DNA from: Trypanosoma brucei
Lineage: Eukaryota
NCBI GenBank assembly: GCA_000002445.1
Contig: CM000207.1
Span: 992,001-1,056,000, forward strand
Reading direction: 5' to 3'
DNA length: 64,000 nucleotides
This document shows positions 32,901 to 41,613 of the stretch, in pieces; the stretch's first letter is position 1; each line of letters starts with the position of its first letter. Both the position numbers and the translations under genes were made by a program. The notes beneath the pieces are model-generated. The model made no database searches. It saw nothing but the letters and a program-made list of their open reading frames with translations, and was not told where the DNA came from.

Positions 32901-32975
32901 TGGGTGCAGGTACATCGTCTGAACACCGGGCCACCAGTGTTTGATTTCCGCACCGCCACCATTATCCGGGAGTAA
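29910..32975 (+). CDS. Hypothetical protein, 1021 aa.
   Basis: ATG-initiated long + ORF preceded by pyrimidine-rich tracts (29742-29770). No motif recognised. Confidence 0.65.
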   Translation: MGNAQDIPNSFRRTVVSLHYRESPFSGDDDEVSQLCRTIFCTRLTADEFACYWTAEDVRQLRLYHPNRLATILLLAMRQLEDFVAISRDPNEKWGNDNPLQHPVRKSTFSGSGATSGITEESPRRSAKRRPPVDFTAAINALRLIAGSLPYCFEDIDLLRAVVQSDEEEASKDELNVIITSQRTRELMGMDDRTESPLAAGFAHHFFVQGGKCFMNNEPGAHRCFYADLLDEEKPNPPTTPLGFRLVELLVKLFFVPKFSQMEPMKMAPSMMEELRGSLAYDLKLLSLTRALVPQNFGSTEDINEDDECWMFSFEGTYVKEARSLVLRAILLTISVPIFYTPSCLSDAQSREPQGNEGSCSHESSGVMYEEVSDVMLSGLFDVNERPLLVKFFVLLLHVVRCCPKWPVTVPSLRGMWAARPTLTADNVDVLSHSLAILAAGFYTGPYVASQRYVHRGEKPVRVPSVLYGIMHQVIGSNFVPWKILQGTGLEGIPASPVVADPYEVGSSGMGCSSATKEPHDCDGLPDYARSFADGVLALLEAPLIAGSSSIPKPEAPCSSLGLHLMLWLLQHSEAAINAVGRKPRLLLVLVQTIHVVGTQYPSYLGEGQIALLCFLRLLRHQPFLRLLLEHLPTDGDADLTREGKVNATQFLRELRVAMPTLPNKLVITSNMSPDKRRQIEWQSDEVLCIRTYCDVLVLTLCYVVAPGSPSWFSNLHRTAVEVLHTLQVYLPKATGRFPLDVLSEHIVFEVAGSFNHICSPRVLMTGADAQLACFNMIKAVSFMLEAAIAHINGGSGAALLKNQEHEDVECKGGESNIVALLWLLVTQGGLSELTKHIQTQLDSKTKAAAGGSSYAEPCSGKLGDGTGVGVLKELLHSDEFNFLRRVTNEVAQKLKDALEDSSGRGNGTEKTTEVDIEPCHEGERWMKSSGKRLWFERDDKLFQKVLEVGSSVVNEKEQERREKGRLGGEFVTSPVALREASVPFEGAAKRWLLRQLWVQVHRLNTGPPVFDFRTATIIRE

Positions 32976-33072
32976 TGTTTCTGGTTCACTGACCCCATAT
33001 AAATCAAATTAAGTTTTTTTTTGCTCTCTTGGGTGCTGACAGCATTATTCCCTTGTGTTGTATTAAGTTAAC

Positions 33073-33110
33073 TGTCTGTTTTCTGCTTTTTTTTTTTTTG
33101 CTTCTTCTCC
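33073..33110 (+). promoter_or_regulatory. Long polypyrimidine tract (T13-containing) in the 1.5-kb spacer downstream of the 1021-aa gene; candidate polyadenylation or trans-splicing guide element.
   Basis: ctgtctgttttctgctttttttttttttgcttcttctcc. Confidence 0.3.
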
Positions 33111-34508
33111 CGAGCGGCTAAGTTGGAGATGTGCCTTTTAGACAAGGCTTATGTGCCGATACAAAAAGTCTTCATATACCGGGTGTGCACCGGGATTGGT
33201 ATTTGTTGTTACTTCCTCCCCCCGCTATGCATGAAAAAACAAAAAACAAAAGTAGGCATTAATCAATGAATAAATAAATAAAGGGGATATCACGGGCGAA
33301 TATTGTTGCTTTCTTTTGTTTTTTTTTGGTTATCTTATGATCGCCTACAGGTTTAAGGACCAGAGACGCAGTGTCGCCACGGTTGGCACCTCAACCTCCC
33401 GTTTCCATTATCTAGCCTCCTCAAACACACAGGCACATGCTGCGAAAAGGGGAGGGCGAAACAGGCGGAAAAAAAAACAATAATGCCAGGTGGAAACGGA
33501 ACTTTTTAGATTTGCTTTGTTTATTATTTTGTTTTTGTTCGTTTGTGTATTTACCTCTATGCTTATTCGATGTCTTATGTTAGCCACAATTGTTGTAAAT
33601 ATTTTTTTGTCTTTTTTCTTCGGGTTGGGGGTTTGGGGGGGAGGAAAGGACGGTGCGGGGGTATGTGAAGAGGAAGATATGTATGTGCCGGTGTCCGTAC
33701 CGTATTACCTGCTAGTGTTTTATGTCGGTCTTGTGGCGGGGTAGCGTATTTTTCTTTTTATTTTTAAGGGGGGGGGAACTGAATGCTTCTTTTCTCCTTA
33801 ATGTCTTGTTGTGAGTTGTTACTTCTCGTAAACATAAGTGTCTTTAATGTCGATTTTCTTCTTATTTACTTTATTTATGTTTCATTTTTGCTTTCTGATC
33901 TCATTGTATTCGATGATGTACTCTCCAATTTTTCATTATTTTTTTAAAAAAAACTTTCCTTAGGAATCAAAGAAATTAAGATAAAGAAAAAGGGAGAAGC
34001 AAGTGGTTTAAACCAACGAAAAGTAAAGGTGCAACTCTTTTGGTAATAAAGGGGATATTCAGCAGGAAATAGAACTTATTTCCTCTTGATTTGGAAAATA
34101 AAAAAAGAAGTGAAAAGGAGGGACAGGAATCGTGTGATCTGAAGGGGAAAAGGTCCAACGGAGGCGATTGGGTAATCAGGGCAAACGCATACACAGACAT
34201 ACGCAAAGGAAAATAAAAAACACAAAACAACAGGTACCAAAGGACGGGGGCGACAACATTCCAAATATCAAAGAGGGAGAGAAAGGAGAGGAAAAAATTT
34301 TAAAGAAGGAAAGGTGTTCACAAAAGTGTATATATTATTTTAATATATACTTTGTTCGCCTTTGCAAACCAGCGATTACACCACGCGACCCATACACGTG
34401 GCAAACGAATTATTTAACTACTTAGGTCAGTACCATAGTTTGGCGAGGTCACTGAAGTATTCCTCACACGAAGAAAGGAAGAAACAGAGAAGAAAAGTGA
34501 AGGAATAA

Positions 34509-36689
34509 ATGGGCAGTGATAGTAAATCTAGTAAGTCCAAGGACAAGAACTTCTCATCAAAGGGTAAAATTGAGAAGTATAACAAGGATGGTACCGAAAC
34601 AATTTTGATCATGGGGCGTCCCTTTCGTATTGTGCAGAGGTTAAGTGAGAAGGTGCTTAACCCGGAGGCGAAAAGCTCGAAGAAAAGCAGCAAGAAAGCT
34701 AAGGATGTGTACTCCTACATTGTGGTTGTTGAAAACATTGAAGCTTTACCAATGTTTGCCAGGTATGTCGTTGTGAAGCGTACCTTTTTCAAGATAGACG
34801 AGGTGTTGTTGGCTCATCGGGAGCCTGAGATTTTGAATCGCGTTCGCGATAAGGGAATCCTGCACGTGTTCCACAGTGAAGTAACACGGAATGATGGGCG
34901 TTTGGGAACAACCGTGGCGATGGAGTACTGCCCCGGAAGTTTGGAACAGCGCCTGCAGCAGGAGACTCGGATGTTAGAAAGTGAAGTGGTACAAGTGTTG
35001 CTAGCGCTGGCTAGTGTGTTGGGTTACTTGCACTCTAGGCAGCCCCCGGTTGCACACCGTAACATTAATCCAAGCAATGTGTTAATTCACTCGGAGTCGG
35101 CAGGAGCGAGCGCATACCGCCTCTACAACTTTAGAAGTGCCATGACGGAGGCGTACCACTGCGAGAACCACGAGGAGGTAGTGGCGGCCATGGAAGACTT
35201 TGCCCGCTACACCACGGCAGGGTACCGGGCGCCTGAAATGTTAGACCCAAGTAGTCACAAGCGTATTGATGAACAGGTAGATATGTGGGCTCTTGGTGTG
35301 CTGCTGTACTACACAATGTACCAGCGCCTGCCCTTCACGGATGCATGCTGGGGGCTGGCAAGAAAACCCAAGTTACGCTACCCCGTGGAAGCTGAAGTGT
35401 GGTACACGGGCTCACTACGCATCGTGCTTGAGCATCTTCTTGAACCAGATCCGGAGAAGAGGTGGGATGCGTTTGCTCTCATCAACTTCATGCGTTTCGA
35501 CAATGACCTATGCAGACACATTGGACCCTTCTGCTTCTCGCAGACTGAGCGGCCCGAGGGATGGGAACCGCAGGACGTGAAGGTAATTGGCCGCCCAGTT
35601 CCAGCCAAAGTTCTCCCGGAGAGGTTGCGAAATACTGGCCAGTCCGACGATCCGGCTGCTGCAGCGCGTGACAACAGGGACGAAGCGGCTGCCACCTCCG
35701 TCAAGAGCCGCACAGCGGCACAGGAGTCTGGAGATAATGATCAAATGGTTCTCAAGGCAGTAACTGCGCTGAGTTCAGATACCGCTTCCACAGATCCCGA
35801 GGTGCTAGCCTACCGTGAAAAGCTCATTCGTGAACAGGAGGAGGCATGGCAAGTGGCAGAAAGCGCACACAAAAAGCGGGATAAGGAAGACAAGGATGGG
35901 GCGACCTCTGGACCGGCAGATGTTGATTCATTGTTTGGTCCAACTGAAAAGAAGGAAGCTGTCAAGGAAAACAAGGCATCTGCTATTGACGACTTATTTG
36001 GTGGCATGGAGACACAACCATCACAGTCTCAAAAACCAACAACGGATGACCTCTTTGGAGGCGCCTCTACAGCTACTGCGAGCAACCAAATCCCACCCCA
36101 GGGGTCCCAAGTTGGAGCTAACGACAGTTGGAAGGATGATCTCTTCGCTGCGCCACCTCAGCAACCACAAATGCAACCTCAACCGGCCTTTCCAATGGCA
36201 GCTGACAGTAGTTGGAGCACCGGAGCACCAACATCGGTGCCAATGAATCCAACCGGCGGCATGATGGGTCAACAACAGGCCCCCATGGGATGGGGAAATG
36301 GAGTAACAGCTCCGGGTTTCCAACCAATGCAAACTCCACAAATGCAACAACAAGTTCCTGGTGGATGGGGAAATGGAGCAACAGCTTCGGGTTTCCAACC
36401 AATGCAAACTCCACAAATGCAACAACAAGTTCCTGGTGGATGGGGAAATGGAGCAACAGCTCCGAGTTTCCAACCAATGCAAACTCCACAAATGCAACAA
36501 CAAGTTCCTGGTGGATGGGGAAATGGAGCAACAGCTCCGGGTTTCCAACCAATGCAAACTCCACAAATGCAACAACAAGTTCCTGGTGGTGCCCCCGGTT
36601 TCATGGGCGGAAACGACCTATTCCAAAGGCCACAGCAGCAACAGCCACAGCAACCAGAGAAGGACCCCTTCGCCAGTCTCTTCAAGTAA
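34509..36689 (+). CDS. NAK/AAK1 (Ark/Prk)-family protein kinase-like protein, predicted pseudokinase. Long low-complexity tail with DLF/DPF adaptor or clathrin-binding motifs and 4 x 25-aa Q/P/M-rich repeats.
   Basis: Kinase subdomains: HRNINPSNVLI aligns to AAK1 HRDLKVENILL, so the catalytic Asp is replaced by Asn. YRLYNFRSA aligns to VLCDFGSAT, so DFG is replaced by NFR. The NAK-specific activation segment ...GYRAPEM... is conserved, followed by DMWALGVLLYYTMYQRLPF. Tail motifs: VDSLFGP, IDDLFGG, TDDLFGG, KDDLFAA, NDLFQ, DPFASLF. Confidence 0.8.
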   Translation: MGSDSKSSKSKDKNFSSKGKIEKYNKDGTETILIMGRPFRIVQRLSEKVLNPEAKSSKKSSKKAKDVYSYIVVVENIEALPMFARYVVVKRTFFKIDEVLLAHREPEILNRVRDKGILHVFHSEVTRNDGRLGTTVAMEYCPGSLEQRLQQETRMLESEVVQVLLALASVLGYLHSRQPPVAHRNINPSNVLIHSESAGASAYRLYNFRSAMTEAYHCENHEEVVAAMEDFARYTTAGYRAPEMLDPSSHKRIDEQVDMWALGVLLYYTMYQRLPFTDACWGLARKPKLRYPVEAEVWYTGSLRIVLEHLLEPDPEKRWDAFALINFMRFDNDLCRHIGPFCFSQTERPEGWEPQDVKVIGRPVPAKVLPERLRNTGQSDDPAAAARDNRDEAAATSVKSRTAAQESGDNDQMVLKAVTALSSDTASTDPEVLAYREKLIREQEEAWQVAESAHKKRDKEDKDGATSGPADVDSLFGPTEKKEAVKENKASAIDDLFGGMETQPSQSQKPTTDDLFGGASTATASNQIPPQGSQVGANDSWKDDLFAAPPQQPQMQPQPAFPMAADSSWSTGAPTSVPMNPTGGMMGQQQAPMGWGNGVTAPGFQPMQTPQMQQQVPGGWGNGATASGFQPMQTPQMQQQVPGGWGNGATAPSFQPMQTPQMQQQVPGGWGNGATAPGFQPMQTPQMQQQVPGGAPGFMGGNDLFQRPQQQQPQQPEKDPFASLFK
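36288..36590 (+). repeat. Four tandem 75-bp in-frame coding repeats (25-aa unit GWGNGATAPGFQPMQTPQMQQQVPG) inside the kinase-like gene.
   Basis: The unit starts at 36288, 36363, 36438 and 36513, a period of exactly 75 bp. Copies differ by 1-2 nt (V/A, G/S). Confidence 0.9.
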
Positions 36690-37854
36690 TGTTTTACATG
36701 ACTGCAATACTGGCACAGAACAGCATCATACGTCACCCCCCCCCCAAAAAAAAAGGGGGGGTTAGTTGGGGTACATTTTTTCTTAACAAAAAAAAAGAGA
36801 AAGGTAAAAGAAATAAAGAAATACCAACTAACAATTAAGAGAAGGAAAGGAACCCGCAGGTCATACCCTCTTTATTCCACCTCTCTTTCCTTCTGTTTTG
36901 TTCTGTTCGGTGTTTAAACCTGATTCAACATGTTCAATTTTCTGCTGTGTCTCCCCATTCTCAATCACATCCACCTCTTTTTTTATTTTTATTTTTAGTA
37001 TCAGTGTTTCATTTTTTTTTCTTTTTTCGTTTATCATCACTTTATTATTATTATTATTACGTCCCTCCGTTGTTTGTGCTTTTTGATATACTTGCTAATG
37101 CTTTGAAGTGTGTGAGGGGAAGGGGAGGAGGGAGAGAAAAAAGAAAAAATGAAGAGGGGAGGGGAGGGGGATTTATCAAGAGAGAACAAACAAAAGGAAA
37201 GAAACGGTTTTGTTTTCTTTTTGAGAAAATAAATAAATAATGAATAACATATGTTTTATCATAACCTCCATTTGCGGATTCCAATGAAGGGCGTGGCAAA
37301 ATCCATAAGGAAGAGGGTTGTGCGCATGTGTTTCTTTTTATTATTATTATTTGCTTACGTTCATAAAAAGTAGAGGAATGGAATGGAAAGAGATGGGAAG
37401 TGGAGGGAATGAATGAATGAATGAATTGGAAACCGAAATGATTAGAATAAAAAAAAATGAAGGAAAAAGCAGGTGGTTTACCGCCGCTCATAGACCAAGC
37501 ATTTACATACGTGCATAGATACAAAAAAAAAAGAAATATATAAATATATATTTATATACATGTACTGGTGTGTATTAATGTTTATTTGTATGTATTTTTT
37601 ATATATTTTGGTGTGCGTACGTTTGCGTGTGTGAGCGAAAGGGGGAGGGGGGAGGGGGGAGAGCAGACGGGGACGAAAAGGGGTGGAAATATAATGTTTA
37701 CTTTTTTTTTTCTTCTTCTCTCTCTCTCTTTAAAACTTTAATTTCCGTTAGGAAAAGAGGGGGAAAAAAGATAACGTGTGGGTATGAGAGTTTATTAGGA
37801 ATCCTGATTGGTGTTGGTCGGTTCCGTGTGTGTGTGTATGTATGAATGTATGTG

Positions 37855-37876
37855 TCTCTCTCTCTCTCTCTCTCTT
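37855..37876. repeat. (CT)n microsatellite, preceded by (GT)n at 37826-37838.
   Basis: ctctctctctctctctctctct. Confidence 0.9.
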
Positions 37877-39544
37877 GTGGCCAGCCTCATGGTGGGACCG
37901 CGCGTGGAAGAAAGAAAAAAAGAAAAGGAAAAGAGGAAAGAAACAAAACAAATAGGAAAGAAAATGAAATGAAAGAGTTTTTAGTACCCATCACTGCCTT
38001 ATGGGTGGATTCGTCACTAGCCATCGTCCTGCGCACTCTTTTTTTTTTTTGAAAAAAAAGATTTTCTTCTCTTCCTTTTCATCTCTTTTCATATGGGTTT
38101 ATTATTGCTCCTCATTCCACACATACGCAAACAAATATATATATATATAATCCCTTCCTTTCACTTCACAAAGCAATTCAGGGATTCCATTTGCCATCAA
38201 TGCGAACTTGCTAGGACAACATTTTCTTTTTAAAAAAAAACAAATTGCAGGGGCACGGTGTGTCTGTTCGTACCGGGTTACCCCTTTTTGTTTGTCAATT
38301 ATGCACAAATTTGTGCACTGCTTACGCCATACAAACATTATTATTATCATTATTATCATGCAGTGATTTTCTCTCTTGTCTACAAAGAAGAAGAGGCACA
38401 TGTTCGTGGTTTTTTTTCAATTTTTTTTGTTGTTGTGTGTTTGTATTTAACTTCGCTGTCGTGGATGCATGCGAGTTATCGTCTTGGAGGTCATAAAACG
38501 CAAGGACGGAAATAACAAAAATAAACAATACCAACGCCACAAATGCTGAAATACCGTCTTTATTCCCTTCATTTATCTTTCCCTTGTTTTTTCTTTAAAA
38601 AATTATTTTAAGTTGTTGTTGTTTTTTTCCTATAAATATATTTATTTATATTTCCTGTCGTTACGGCGGTCACGGCATTATTTGTGTGGATCGATTGTCA
38701 CTCATATGTCGAGGAAAGAAAGTTGAAGGTATGAAGATGAACTGAGAGCAGAGATTGGGAAATAATAATAGTAATAATAATGAAAAGAAAAGAAAAGAAA
38801 ACTCAGAAGGCGTCATTTTGTGTAAGGTCCGGGAACTTGTATCCTTTATTATCATTATCACTATTATTATTATTACTGTGCTTGAAAAAAAAAATTATAT
38901 GTATTTATTTGGTTTTTTTCCTCTTTTGAAAGAAGAAAAAATACCAGAGAAAACAAAAAAAAGGAGGACGAAGAGAAAAATCGTATTGTCAACTCACTTG
39001 CTATTTGATCTGAACGTGTGTAAGAGATGAGGAAAATGGACTTTAATGAGTCAACATATTTCAAAACTGAACAAAAAAAGAGAAAAAAAAAAAAAGAAAG
39101 ATGCTCGACACGATAAAGGGAGTGAAGAAGAACCAAAAGGAGGAAAAATATTTAAAAAAAGAGAAGAAAAGAAACGAGAAGAGAAGAGAAGATAAAAGAA
39201 TATGCGTCGGAAACAACAAAAACAACAATTTTTTTTAAAAAAGGTAAAACAGCACAAAAACAAAAAAAGTGAGAAGGCTGCGTGACGGTTACTTGGGAGT
39301 CGAAAACTGCTATTGGCATGTTGCATCATTCCATTCAGTGTTACATGGACCCTGAGGTGCCACGCGCATTATTCCTATTGAAACAAATCTTTTTTTTTTG
39401 TAGTTAATCTTATTAAATATGTGTTTTCTTTTTTTTTTTCTTTTTTCTTTTTTGATGTTTTTAAACTCCCCTCTACACCGCGATTATTCGCGTCTTCTGA
39501 TGCCTTCCAACAAGGCCTACAAAGCTGCGCGTGTCTTTTCTGTT

Positions 39545-39575
39545 TGTTTTGTTTTTGTTTTTGTTTTTGTTTCTC
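39545..39575. repeat. (GTTTTT)n microsatellite.
   Basis: tgttttgtttttgtttttgtttttgtttc. Confidence 0.85.
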
Positions 39576-41613
39576 TCTCTCTTTTTGCTCGTAGTGAAAC
39601 AACAAATGAAACGGAATATTTGCTGGACCTCACGTGTTTCTTTGCTATTCTTCTTTCTTTGTTTATTTGGTGTTTGTTTATGTTGTGTGGAGTTGAGACC
39701 AAAAAGAGATGAGAAGTGTGTAATCATTCTCAGCTTTTATTGCTCAGTCTCTTTCTGTTTTGTTAACGCTTTTCTTTTTTTTTTTTTATTGACCTTCCTT
39801 AACTTTCGTTTTTATTTTATAAAAAAAAACAAAAAAGAAGAAATTATATCTATCTTTCTTTCCTTTTCTCTTTTTTTTTTATATCCTCTTTTCGTACAAT
39901 TCCACTGCCCTTTCAATCTCTTTTACCCTTTCTTTTTCTTGTTGTTGTTCCTCTTTCCCACTTGTGTGATGATATCATATACGCTGCCTATTTACAACTA
40001 TTTTTTTTTCCTTCTTATTTCTCTCTTTTTTACTTTTCTTTTATTTTTTTTTTAAAACAAACAAATATGCGCTGATGTCAAGTGGAGACGGAAACTGAGG
40101 TGCTAAAAGGCAAGTTTTTAAACGTACCTGAAGCAACTAGTATCACTTTCTTCTCTATTTTCATAAAGAAAAAAAACATTGTAGTAGTTGACATATATAC
40201 ATATATCAGTCTAGCTGTTCTTTTGGGTTCTGAATAGGCAGTTAGAAGTACAAACGAATAAATTTTGTAAAAATAAAAAAAAACAGTACAAAAGCATCGG
40301 GGGGAACGGAGCGAGTTTGCATCTTCATCCGCATAAAAATCCATTTATACGTACATATATATATATATGCCAGAATCCTTGCGGTTTTATAGGATAACAT
40401 TTATCTCCTTTGGTTCGGCATTATTTTGTGTTATAATATTAAATTGCAGAGTGGCGTCGTGTATCCAAGAGAAAATGGGTGGTGAAAGTAGTGCCCCCCA
40501 ACCGACTAATGATTCGTCCGGCAATGACTTCAGCAACAATGGCAATAATAGCGATAATAATAATTCCAATAGCAGTATTAAAAACGACAATTACAATAAA
40601 CCAGTGCCTGGAGCTGAAGGGCAAAATGACGGGTTGCATTTCCCCCAGCGTCTCGTCTGTCGCCTGCCGGAACGAAATTTTCCACTTCCGGTTTTAACCC
40701 TCAAGGAAGGTCACGGGGTTGCATCAAATACAACTAAGAAGTAACACACATGACAACACGCGTTTGTGCATTTGTTTTGTCTGTAATGTAATGTTAATGA
40801 AATGAAATGAAATAGGGAGGAAAGAGAAAATAGCGTGTTATTAGCGTAGATATGACTCAGGAAAAGGGGAAATGAAGTATTTACAAGAGTGCCATTTCCT
40901 CCCCCCCCCTTCCCTCGTCGTTATTATTTTTACTATTGTGTCGTTATCGCTTTTTTTTTTCTTTTTCACCGTTTTTGGTATTGTTGTTGTTTGTTTTTAA
41001 TTCTTTTGGGGGGGTTCGGTTGAACCCTATGCGTCTCGATATCAAATCCAAGAGAATAAAACAAAAAGGGAAGTTAAGGAGCCGGAGGGCTCTTTTCAAG
41101 GCCCAGCTATGTTTTCTCTTGCAAGGGTACGTATGCGCTTCCTTTGATTTCTTTTTCTGTATGCCGTTTTATGCACGTTCTCCCACTTCGGTCATAATTA
41201 AAAAACAAAGATTCGCATCATTGGTTATTGATAATTTTCCTTCCCTTTTTGTTTTCCCTTTTTTATATTGGTTGCGGTCGCCCAACTTTCGGTACCCCAA
41301 AGTGAGTCTCAAACATCAGCTACACTCTTCCCGTTCGTGTGAAACATTTTGATGTTCCTGCCTTTATTTTTTGGTGATTTTCCCTCCCAAGTTGAATTCG
41401 TTACTTGTTATTACCACTGTTATTCTTATCATCACACTATTATTAATTGCCTTTTGTTGTTTTTGTTGTTGCTTTCGGGTTGCCTCCCATTCTAACACGG
41501 GTGGGCATGTCATGCGAGAGAGAGAGAGAGACGCCAAGACGCGTGCGGGAGAGGGAGTTGAGTAACACCCGCTAAAAACGAAAAAAAAAAAAGGGAAAAG
41601 TTAGCAGCGCCTT

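Larger units (their letters stand above)
36690..41613. other. A 4.9-kb gene-free low-complexity region made of alternating pyrimidine-rich and purine-rich blocks, homopolymers and microsatellites.
   Basis: No credible ORF; the only ORFs translate poly-T/CT runs into F/L/S-rich strings. It contains (GAAT)n at about 37406-37427, (GT)n at 37826-37838, (CT)n at 37855-37876, (AT)n at 38135-38149, (GTTTTT)n at 39545-39575 and (AT)n at 40354-40368, plus long A- and T-runs. Confidence 0.8.

Noticed and set aside
36288-36590. Considered whether the regular 75-bp repeats could be a CRISPR-like array or a satellite.
   Set aside because: The repeats are in-frame protein-coding units with no unique spacers, inside a eukaryotic-style gene. 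The whole window is kinetoplastid nuclear DNA, so prokaryotic defence-system interpretations do not apply.
36021-36838. Cluster of overlapping ORFs on both strands (36021-36578 -, 36118-36564 -, 36269-36736 -, 36212-36838 +, 36361-36765 +) with internally repetitive translations.
   Set aside because: They are artefacts of the 75-bp tandem repeat read in alternative frames or in antisense. The genuine frame is the kinase-like gene ending at 36689.
36898-40055. ORFs within the 4.9-kb low-complexity region (e.g. 36898-37086, 37057-37524 -, 39051-39329 -, 39531-40055) that encode F/L/S/K-rich strings.
   Set aside because: They are translations of poly-T, poly-A, CT and GA microsatellite runs, with no start context. 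This is intergenic low-complexity DNA.
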